This document shows positions 23,941-33,285 of a DNA stretch of 64,000 nt, piece by piece. The notes beneath the pieces were generated by a model, which worked only from the letters and a program-made list of their open reading frames with translations, ran no database searches and was not told the DNA's origin. How positions within the stretch are numbered: position 1 is the first letter of the stretch; every line of letters starts with the position of its first letter. A program made the translations under genes and the position numbers. Source of the DNA: Naegleria gruberi (lineage: Eukaryota); the NCBI GenBank assembly GCA_000004985.1, contig GG738846.1. The stretch is one strand, 5' to 3'.

Positions 23941-26900
23941 TTATTCACAACTTGGAGAGGTGGTGTACGAAAGTACATTCATTTCCTTTTGGAATTTAAA
24001 GGTTTCTCGCCACTTGACAAATTCATCTTTGAGAATTAGTCTTTGGAAAATATCGAGATTATTCTTGACCACTTCATATTGAATTTCCTTAAATACAGAA
24101 TATGGCAAGAGACCATCTGGATTGAGTGTTAAATTTGTCATGGCATTGGCAAAATCAGTATAGCATCGAGCAGGCAAGTTGATTGGGTATGGTGATGTTG
24201 GTGCAAAATATGTAGCATGTAAATAAGTTACATAGTCCAAGTCCAAGGTTCCAGTTTGTCTCACTTTTTCCAAATCCTCATAGAGATTAAAGTTTTCAAT
24301 TGAGAATTCGTTATTGGAATAATTTCGGTGAAGCCATCTAAAATTAATATCTGTCAAATATTCTTCCCATTGAGCTTCCAATCTCTCAAAATCATCCAAT
24401 GGTTGATTATCACCAACACAAGTATCTCTGAGCTTTCTAATGTATGTTGCAATATCAACTATCATAACATTACCACCAACAAGTAACAAGCTACATAAGA
24501 AGAAGGCCACAAGACACAATCTATTAACAACCAATGAATTCCAAATGAACAGATCAAGAATGAGTACAATGCAGGTAACGAACATTGCTGCCAACGTGAA
24601 AATATCAATTCTGAGATAGAAAGGATCATCAAACAAGAAATAGTGTCTGAAACCCTTGTCCTTGATTGTCCTAATGTTCAGTATCATGTCAACCACAAAT
24701 ACAAGCATTACCACAACACTCAAAAAGCCAAACTGTGAAGCCAACGACAATAGGGATGCATCAAACTGTAAAGACCACTCGAATCTTTTGAATCGTTGAA
24801 TAACAACACCATAGAGAATTCCATAGTAAACTCCATACCAAATTCCTGCAAGAACCAAGCTCAGTGTAACAGAAACCATGAAGGAAATCTCTGGTCTCGA
24901 CACAATTCTGTAAAGTTTCATTCTACTTGTGTGAGATTTGTTTTCTCGTTTGATTGGAGAGAACTCTCTCAATTGATACAAGTTTCTCAATAAGAAGAAT
25001 CTAATAGTCACCACAATATAGCTCGAACACAACAGTGAAATGCAATAGTCTGGAACTGGTATCAGCGCAAATAAGGACATGCCAACATTCTTGAATACAC
25101 TCATCAAGATTGGTTCTAAAAAGAATAGACAAGTGAATATAATGCACATTGGAGCAATAAAAGGAACAAACAATCTTCTTCTCATTGCCTTATTATTATC
25201 AATCATGATACTGTAATTTACAACAAGTCCAATATAGAAAACCAAACATAAAATAATGACAAGGAATAACATGGCATCCTTATAGGTGAGATCCCAGTAT
25301 TTGGTTGGATTGTTATAGTGGAAAACACCCAAGTATTGATTATAAGAGCTGTAGCAGCTTGGACGAGCAATATCTTGGTAAACCAGCTCGGAAACTGAAA
25401 TATTTCTATTGTGTTCATTTGTAAATAGCCTAAACATTGTATGATCAAATTCAGTAAGAGGAAGCGATAGAGATGATGCTTGGAAACTACTATATCCCTC
25501 ACTGAATGTGGTTGAAATACGTGGAATTTCGAAAAGGTAACTATGATAGTCCTTTACAGATATAGTATCAAAAATTGAACAATTAATGGTACCATTAGTC
25601 CATAAATTGACAATGGAGAAGGACTCATTGAAGACAGAGTAAATTTCTTTAAAAACAGCAGCCTTGACCTTGTTGAAGGTATCCTCACTCTTGAGAGTTG
25701 CAACACGAACCGATCTTGGAATTGTCTTGAGCTTTGTTGGAATATTTGTTGTGAATATTTGTGCATAGTCAGATGTTTTCATATTATCAAGCTCAGATAT
25801 AGACCTTGGATCTAGGGTTTCATTCCTATCTAAAAAGTAAATATTATTCTTAATTGCCAATAGCATTGTGTCAACTTCTTCTGGTGTTACAAGAATCAAA
25901 TCACAAGAGCTGTACCAGTTTCTATTGAGGAATGAGTCGTGGCCCATAATAGGTTCATAATTTGTAATACTCAAAGAGTCACTCGTTGAGGTTTTGGTAT
26001 CAATATACTGATATTCTCTATTGCCATCCTTAAGGGTAATACCAACAACAGATTTAGATGCTCGAATAGTAAGATTTCTGACAGCCTGATCACAACAAGT
26101 GCAAATACGTGCAGTTTTCAAAAGTTGGAAGGTAAAGTTTGAAGTTTTAAATTTAGGAACTATTCCAACCAAATTATGATAGTAAAACACAACCACTTGA
26201 TTACTCATCTTGATAATGTTTGTCGATCCATCAATTTGGTACAAATCAGAATTGTCATTAATAAATTCATTCATACTGGTTGTATTGAGCAAGTTGACAT
26301 TTCCAATTTCAAATGTGGATTCATCGAAAGAACCAGTCTGATCATACAGAGGAACTAGTTTGGAAAAATCTCTTAAAATTGTATTGGATTGGAAAAGATT
26401 TTTGTAGGAAGAAACATAGAGGCCTACATTAACATCAACTCTAGAGGTTTGTGTTCCTTCTTGAACACTTCTTTTCTGTTGGGCAACATGTCTGGTATTC
26501 TGTGAAGAAAGGTTATTAATGATGGTTGAAGGAGCTCTTGCATCGATACCATTGTTAACTTGCTTTTCATACATGCAACTCAGATAAGCATTCAATGGAA
26601 TTGAGCATTTACCATTCAGTGGGGAGAAGATTGACGATTTGGTGTCAATAATAGGAATAGGCTTATTTTGAACTGGTTGGAGTGGGTGTGAATAATAGAT
26701 TGAGGACAACATGCCATAATTCATCGAACAAATAGACAAATCCATCAATTTGCTCATACAGAAATCAATACAGACCCTTCTCTGTTCACTACTACATGCA
26801 CAATATGAATACTTTGGGCATGGGAAAATGTCATAATCGACAGTGTCTCCACAAGTAATTTCAGATGGTAAATCAGTACAAGTGCCTGAGGTTGTATTAC

Positions 26901-28062
26901 AATAGCTCGAGTAGCAATCAGTGTTGTCTACACATGATTCGCCATTATAGTTACCAAATAATCTCAAACATTTTGAGTTTTCACATCTGACTGGTTGATT
27001 TCCAGGCCACTTTCCAGTGTCAAGATTTTGCTTTAGTGAAATACCACTACTTTCCAGACCTCCTATACAATCTGTATAAATAGAGCAATTGCTAGTGGTA
27101 TAATTCTTACAGATCAGAATTGTATTAGAGTATTCAACTGGGACAGGATTCAAATCGTCACTACATTTGCCAAAGATTGGTTTAGAATTAGGATTATAAT
27201 AATCTGGGAATGAGAAACTTGGCAGACAAACACCATTACAAGTAGAAGCAGCTGGGCATTTCTTGTAGACTGTAATAGGATTACCCTCTTCATCCTCAAT
27301 GTTGGCAAGTCCACAACTTTCATACAGGACAACATCAACTCTTCTCAAACATTTCTTTGTTGCAGCTAGGACAGATGGTAGATGGCAATAACTTGAACTA
27401 TCACAATTATCATAACTATTGGTAGTATAATTAACCAATGCCTTATCAAGTAAACTTTCAAAATCTGAATCTGGAGCGAATGGACAAGTGCTTCCTTCAG
27501 GAAGAACAGGATTTTCCTGTAAATAGCTACACTTTCCAGCATGACAATTCACAAAAGGATTAGTGACATGTCCATAACAATTCATACGATCAGTACAAGT
27601 GTCATTAATCATTCTTGTTTGAACATAGGTACACTTGAGAGTAGTTGGAGAGCAAGCCAAGTAAGGCAGTACACAATTTGTTTCATCAGCCCATGGTTGG
27701 GATGGATCATAGAAAGGATCACCATAAGGAATTACACAACTCTTCGTATCAACAGTTTCTAACAAGAATTCGTCCAATGGCTTACAAGAGAAAGCTCCAC
27801 TAATCGAATCTGTCATTCTAACATAACCAAACGGACACATGTTACCAAAGAGATAGAAATCATTGTACACATTTGTTGATATGTTTACATTATAGAAGGG
27901 AATGATGGAAGTTGTGGCCACTGAACAAACATCTAATTGTGCAAGAGTAGTACCTGAATTGCAAATGATGAATAGTAATATAAATAATACCACTAAAAGA
28001 AGAGCACGATGATTACTCTTCAATGATGATGAAGAAGAAGATGATGAAACATCCATTTTCAT
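23941..28062 (-). CDS. Receptor-like protein: signal peptide, ~800-aa Cys-rich ectodomain, seven TM helices, C-terminal RGS-like domain (7TM-RGS architecture)
   Basis: 1373-aa ORF. N-terminal hydrophobic leader (LLLVVLFILLFIICNS) and many Cys in the first 800 aa. Seven hydrophobic segments between ~aa 870 and 1160 (DAMLFLVIILCLVFYIGLVV ... LCLVAFFLCSLLLVGGNVMIV). The C-terminal 130 aa match the RGS profile (FSIENFNLYEDLEKVR ... YLHATYFAPTSPYPINL ... FKEIQYEVVKNNLDIFQRLILKDEFVKW). Confidence 0.6.
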   Translation of the reverse strand: MKMDVSSSSSSSSLKSNHRALLLVVLFILLFIICNSGTTLAQLDVCSVATTSIIPFYNVNISTNVYNDFYLFGNMCPFGYVRMTDSISGAFSCKPLDEFLLETVDTKSCVIPYGDPFYDPSQPWADETNCVLPYLACSPTTLKCTYVQTRMINDTCTDRMNCYGHVTNPFVNCHAGKCSYLQENPVLPEGSTCPFAPDSDFESLLDKALVNYTTNSYDNCDSSSYCHLPSVLAATKKCLRRVDVVLYESCGLANIEDEEGNPITVYKKCPAASTCNGVCLPSFSFPDYYNPNSKPIFGKCSDDLNPVPVEYSNTILICKNYTTSNCSIYTDCIGGLESSGISLKQNLDTGKWPGNQPVRCENSKCLRLFGNYNGESCVDNTDCYSSYCNTTSGTCTDLPSEITCGDTVDYDIFPCPKYSYCACSSEQRRVCIDFCMSKLMDLSICSMNYGMLSSIYYSHPLQPVQNKPIPIIDTKSSIFSPLNGKCSIPLNAYLSCMYEKQVNNGIDARAPSTIINNLSSQNTRHVAQQKRSVQEGTQTSRVDVNVGLYVSSYKNLFQSNTILRDFSKLVPLYDQTGSFDESTFEIGNVNLLNTTSMNEFINDNSDLYQIDGSTNIIKMSNQVVVFYYHNLVGIVPKFKTSNFTFQLLKTARICTCCDQAVRNLTIRASKSVVGITLKDGNREYQYIDTKTSTSDSLSITNYEPIMGHDSFLNRNWYSSCDLILVTPEEVDTMLLAIKNNIYFLDRNETLDPRSISELDNMKTSDYAQIFTTNIPTKLKTIPRSVRVATLKSEDTFNKVKAAVFKEIYSVFNESFSIVNLWTNGTINCSIFDTISVKDYHSYLFEIPRISTTFSEGYSSFQASSLSLPLTEFDHTMFRLFTNEHNRNISVSELVYQDIARPSCYSSYNQYLGVFHYNNPTKYWDLTYKDAMLFLVIILCLVFYIGLVVNYSIMIDNNKAMRRRLFVPFIAPMCIIFTCLFFLEPILMSVFKNVGMSLFALIPVPDYCISLLCSSYIVVTIRFFLLRNLYQLREFSPIKRENKSHTSRMKLYRIVSRPEISFMVSVTLSLVLAGIWYGVYYGILYGVVIQRFKRFEWSLQFDASLLSLASQFGFLSVVVMLVFVVDMILNIRTIKDKGFRHYFLFDDPFYLRIDIFTLAAMFVTCIVLILDLFIWNSLVVNRLCLVAFFLCSLLLVGGNVMIVDIATYIRKLRDTCVGDNQPLDDFERLEAQWEEYLTDINFRWLHRNYSNNEFSIENFNLYEDLEKVRQTGTLDLDYVTYLHATYFAPTSPYPINLPARCYTDFANAMTNLTLNPDGLLPYSVFKEIQYEVVKNNLDIFQRLILKDEFVKWRETFKFQKEMNVLSYTTSPSCE

Positions 28063-29220
28063 GAACGCGCGATAATTATGTTGCTGGTCAATTAATCGCT
28101 TTCAATATTGGTTCCAATAAACAATATTATCAGAGAAGAGATGAATGTGTGTACGTTTTTTAATTGTGCAGAAATCTCTAGAAACGAATCAACACCAAAT
28201 TTTTATGGAGCAAAGGAAAAACACTTGATGCACTTCTCGGTTTTTATAATTGTGTCTCTTCGTAAAACCAGCAAGGAAACTTTGGTTGTGATTTTTTTTA
28301 GTGGTGAGGCAAGTGCATCAAGATTATGAAAGGTTTAGTGGAGATTATGAAAGGGTTTCGAAAAAGACCTCTGTCATGTTGGGTTAAATTATAAATGACA
28401 GAAAATGATAAAGTGTTGTAATGAAGTTGAGTTATTGTGTTTAAATAGTTGGAAAATGTGTGAAAACGGAATAATCCCGGTTTATGACATTATTACACAC
28501 TACTAGCCTTTTTGGAATGATGCCTAAAAATTGTTGAAAATGGACAAAACGTGTGTGTTAATATTTTACGAAACTAAACGAATCACTGTACTACAGTATG
28601 TTTTGCCAAAATCCATTCAACGACATTTGAAATATTCAGTTAAGCCTTGAAAAATATGAACAAATTCAATTATTAATTAAAGATAATACTAAATAACTGT
28701 TTACAGTGGAAAGAAGGATATAAAAGCAATCTAGAAGATTTTTTACAACCAAAAAGGCTCGGTAAAAGATGGAACATTTGATATTCAATAAAGAAAAGAA
28801 TGGTCGCCCATTTGTTTGATTTTAGTACCTTTTTTCTATTAATGTGTGTAGATGAGGTGTTCGACACAAAAAGCTAAATCCTTAATACCATTACAAAATT
28901 TCATGGATTCAGGAATATATTTGAAACAAATGAAAAGTGAAGACAAGATCTTTGAACTAGTTGATGGTTTATTTCCAGATCTCCAACAATTTTGTATCAA
29001 TAACCTCTTCATCCAATTCCAGCCAAAATAAAAGATAAATAAAAGGAGAAGATCAATATTTGGGTCCTTTTTCTTTTGATTCAAATTTTCGTTCAGGTAA
29101 AAGAGAAACTGAACGAATTTACGCTCTGATTTGATTGTTCCCAATAATAATTGAACTTTATCCTTTAATCAATCATAGTTTATCATCACTTTTATCACCT
29201 CATCTTCTTCTTTTTAGATA

Positions 29221-30390
29221 ATGGCTTATCTATTTTTAAAATACAAAATCAAAAAAAAAATGTCAAGTGCACTGGAAAAGAAACAACTCGAAATTTTGGA
29301 CCGACAAGAGAAAATCAAGAAGGAAGCACAACAAAAACAATCATCGGAAAAAACAGAGGAACCCGAGAAAAAAAAGAAGAGAAAATCATCAAAAAGTGGA
29401 GAGGAGAAGGAAAAGAAGAAGAAGAAAAAATCAAAATCAAAGGATGAAGCTGGTGGTCCGAAACATGCCCAATTTTACTCGGCAGGAACTTATGAAGAGG
29501 AGGCAGAGAGTGCCGCTGTTCAAACACCTGTAGCTGCCTCTTCCGAGACAACAGAGGCCACTCCTACATTGACTAAACAAGAAAAGGCACAAAAAAAGGC
29601 CACGAAGGAACATACACTTGGGTTGATTACTTTTAAAATTATTGAATTTTTGCAGGAAGACACTTCTAAAAAGTATACATTTCAACAAATTTTGGAAGCC
29701 ATTGATCATAGCAGTTGTACCAATGAAGTTGACGAGGAGGAGGAAAAGGAAAAAACTGGAGTTAAATTTGAGGATTCACTTGCTGCTCATCTTGACGATC
29801 GGATAAAGAAGGCCATCTATCTGAAATTAATGCAAAATCACAAGGTGGATTATCAAGGACCAACCACAAAGAATATCGATGAAAATGCTACCTTTTGCTT
29901 TAAGGCTATCCATCAGTCTATCAAGGAAAAAAAACACGTATTGGAATTATTGCAAAATCCAGAGTTTGTAATTAGTGGAATTCCTGTATCTGAATTGGCT
30001 GAAAGTTACAAGGGTGTATTAAATGATATTGAAGAGCTCAAGAAGGAAAAGGCTGTCATTTCCATACCCAACCAAGATAAGAAGTGTGACATTTTGTACT
30101 TTAATGATGTGAGTGTAGATATGCCAATAGTTGATGTTAAACTGAGAGATTTGTGGAGGGGAACAAGAGAGAGACGTATTCCTGCATCAGATTTACCATC
30201 CCTCCTACAAAAAGTTGGTCTTCCCGCTATACAAACTGTTGAATGGCCAGAAGATGAACACAGAAAGAAGAAGGAAGCTGAAAGAGAAGAAAATGCAAAG
30301 AATACCAAGACTAAACGTACTCGTAAGATGAATGTCAAGAAGATGACCAATAAGCACTTGGCTGAAGAATTTGTTGCTCACCAAAAGTAA
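29221..30390 (+). CDS. General transcription factor TFIIE beta subunit (TFIIE2/Tfa2-like)
   Basis: The C-terminal half aligns with TFIIE-beta: KKCDILYFNDVSVDMPIVDVKLRDLWRGT matches [26 protein letters not shown], and the basic tail ...MTNKHLAEEFVAHQK matches KTHNEHLAGVLKDY. K/E-rich N-terminal region. The true start may be the internal MSSALEKKQ (29260). Confidence 0.65.
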   Translation: MAYLFLKYKIKKKMSSALEKKQLEILDRQEKIKKEAQQKQSSEKTEEPEKKKKRKSSKSGEEKEKKKKKKSKSKDEAGGPKHAQFYSAGTYEEEAESAAVQTPVAASSETTEATPTLTKQEKAQKKATKEHTLGLITFKIIEFLQEDTSKKYTFQQILEAIDHSSCTNEVDEEEEKEKTGVKFEDSLAAHLDDRIKKAIYLKLMQNHKVDYQGPTTKNIDENATFCFKAIHQSIKEKKHVLELLQNPEFVISGIPVSELAESYKGVLNDIEELKKEKAVISIPNQDKKCDILYFNDVSVDMPIVDVKLRDLWRGTRERRIPASDLPSLLQKVGLPAIQTVEWPEDEHRKKKEAEREENAKNTKTKRTRKMNVKKMTNKHLAEEFVAHQK

Positions 30391-30861
30391 ATTTTTCATC
30401 CTTCCAGAGAGAGTAGAAATAAGTGTTGATGTTTTCATGAAATAATAAGGTTGTGAAATAAAGCCAATCGAATGAATACTATAAATTTCCATCATCTCAA
30501 CATTAAAGGGTGAGAAATTAAGTTATTGATGTGTGCATCAATCGATAATTATATTCGAAATACTATAATTAAATTGTGAAATAAACAACAACCCAAACGA
30601 ACGAATACAAAATCATCATACCGAGCTGTTCATTTGTTGATTGAAGCAAACGTGATCATCTTTTAAAAATAAACTTATTAAATCTATCGAAGCCTTTGGC
30701 GTTGTTGTATTCTTCTTGCAAGCCATCACGGAAGAGCAATCGTGTTTACAAAAAAACTTCCGATAGGAAATAAAACACACAGTCAAATCGTTCCGAGACT
30801 AGCCTTCACAACAACAGCGAAAAAAAAAATAACAAGAAACCCCTCGCTATACAACAACAAG

Positions 30862-33053
30862 ATGTCTACCGAAACATTCAAGTTCCAAGCTGAGATTAAT
30901 CAATTGATGAGTTTGATCATCAATACCTTCTACAGCAATAAGGAAATCTTCTTGAGAGAATTGATATCCAATGCTTCTGATGCTTTGGATAAGCTTCGTC
31001 ACATCAGTTTGACTGAACCATCAGTCTTGGACACTGAAAGGGAATTGTGTATTCGTATCATCCCTGATAAGGTTAACAAGACTTTAACCCTCATTGATAC
31101 AGGAGTTGCGATGACTAAGGCCGATTTAATTAATTGTTTAGGTTGGTGTTTTTACATTATTTCTTGATTTCTTAACAAATTATTATTATATAACGTGTAT
31201 TTTACATTATTTCTGAAATTTATTAACAAATTATTATTACAGGTACTATTGCTAGATCTGGAACAAAGCAATTTATGGAAATGCTCCAAGCTGGTGCTGA
31301 TGTTTCCTTGATTGGTCAATTCGGTGTTGGTTTCTACTCTGCTTACTTGGTTGCCGATAGAGTTGTTGTCACCACTAAACATAATGATGACGAACAATAC
31401 ATCTGGGAATCTGCTGCTGGTGGTAGCTTTACCATTACTTTGGATGAAACTGGCGAAAGATTGACTCGTGGTACTAAGATTGTTTTGCACATGAAGGAAG
31501 ATCAATTGGAATATTTGGAAGAAAGAAAGTTGAAGGATTTGGTCAAGAAACACTCTGAATTCATCGGATATCCAATTTCTTTGTATGTTGAAAAGACTGA
31601 AGAAAAGGAAGTTGAAGAAGATGAAGAAAAGAAGGACGAAGAAAAGACTGACGAACCAAAGATTGAAGAAGTTGATGAAGATAAGGAAAAAAAGACCAAG
31701 AAGGTTAAGGAAGTTACTCACGAATGGGAATTGTTGAACAAGACCAAGCCATTGTGGACTCGTGACGCCAAGACTGTCACCAAGGAAGAATATGCTTCAT
31801 TCTACAAGGCCTTGACCAATGACTGGGAAGAACATTTGGCTGTCAAGCACTTCTCTGTTGAAGGTAACTTTGAATTCAAGGCTATCCTCTTTGCTCCAAA
31901 GAGAGCTCCATTCGATTTGTTCGAACCAAAGAAGAAGCTTAACAATATCAAATTATACGTTAGAAGAGTCTTTATCATGGACAATTGTGAAGAATTAATT
32001 CCAGAATACTTGAACTTTATCAAGGGTATTGTTGATTCTGAAGATTTGCCATTGAACATTTCCAGAGAACATTTGCAACAAAACAAGATCATGAAGGTTA
32101 TTAGAAAGAATTTGGTCAAGAAGTGTATTGAAATGTTCTCTGAAATTTCTGAAAATAAGGAAGATTGGAAGTCATTCTATGAAGCCTTTGGAAAGAACTT
32201 AAAGTTGGGTATTCACGAAGATTCTCAAAACAGACAAAAGTTGGCTGAATTGTTGAGATTCTCCTCATCCACTAGTGGTGAAGATTGGACTTCATTCAAG
32301 GAATATGTTGAACGTATGAAGGAAGGTCAAGAAGACATTTACTACATTACTGGTGAAAGCAAGAAGGCTGTTGCCAACTCTCCATTCATTGAAAAGTGTG
32401 CCAAGAAGGGTATTGAAGTCTTGTACTTGACTGACCCAATTGATGAATACATGGTCCAACAATTGAAGGAATTCGATGGTAAAAAGTTGGTTTGTGTTAC
32501 CAAGGAAGGTTTAAAGTTGCCAGAAACTGAAGAAGAAAAGAAGAAGAAGGAAGAATTGAAGGCCTCATTCGAAGCTTTGTGCAAGTTGATGAAGGACATT
32601 TTGGGTGATAAGGTTGAAAAGGTTGTCGTTTCTGACAGACTTGGTGATTCTCCATGTTGTTTGGTTACTGGTGAATATGGTTGGTCATCAAACATGGAAC
32701 GTATCATGAAGGCTCAAGCTTTGAAGGATAACTCAATGGCTGCTTACATGGTTTCCAAGAAGACTATGGAAATTAACCCAGAAAACTCAATTGTCAATGA
32801 ATTGAGAAAGAAGGCTGAAGCTAACAAGGCTGACAAGACTTTGAGAGATTTGGTCTGGTTGTTGTTCGACATTTCATTGTTGACTTCTGGTTTCTCATTG
32901 GAAGAACCATCAACCTTTGCTGGTAGAATCCACAGAATGATCAAGCTTGGTTTGAGCATTGATGAAGATGAAATCGTCACTGATGCTGAAGTCAAGAAGG
33001 AAGAAGTTGCTGAAGAACCAGCTGCTGAATCCTTGATGGAAGATGTCGATTAA
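30862..33053 (+). CDS. HSP90: Cytosolic heat-shock protein HSP90 (Hsp82/Hsp83 family), 2 exons: join(30862..31141,31243..33053)
   Basis: [44 protein letters not shown] ... [11 protein letters not shown] ... [16 protein letters not shown] ... C-terminal MEDVD. A 101-bp intron (GTTGGT..attacag, phase 1) splits NCLG|TIARSG. The ORF-track segment 30742..30861 is 5' leader. Strong yeast-like optimal-codon bias (TTG, AGA, GGT, GCT, TCT, AAG, CCA) indicates high expression. Confidence 0.95.
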
Positions 33054-33285
33054 GAAGATTATTTCTTGAAATAAACCAATTTTGTAAAGCTTTAAAAAAA
33101 ATAGAAAAAGTTGATTTTAAACTGTGAAAAGATAATTTAATTGAAATCGATGTACAACCCATAGTCCAATCATCTCCATTCATTTCCTTCCATACACTGA
33201 ATCATGTATTGAGAATAAAAGAATTGAGGAATTGGAAAAGTTTAACATCTCAGGGAACTTGATTTGGTGAAACAAGAGGAATAAA

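Noticed and set aside
29267-29551. K/R-rich ORF 29267..29533 (+) and antisense ORFs 29315..29709 (-)
   Set aside because: Frame-shifted or antisense readings of the GA-rich Lys/Glu-coding stretch at the N-terminus of TFIIE-beta.
30742-31167. ORF-track version of HSP90 exon 1 starting at 30742 and ending ...WCFYIIS
   Set aside because: The upstream Met adds a non-conserved leader. The conserved HSP90 N-terminus starts at ATG 30862 (MSTETFKF). The ORF's C-terminal residues are intron read-through past the GT donor at 31142.
31152-31721. 189-aa ORF on the minus strand rich in F/L/I ([13 protein letters not shown]...)
   Set aside because: Antisense to HSP90 exon 2 and its GAA/AAG-rich charged linker. 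Artefact.
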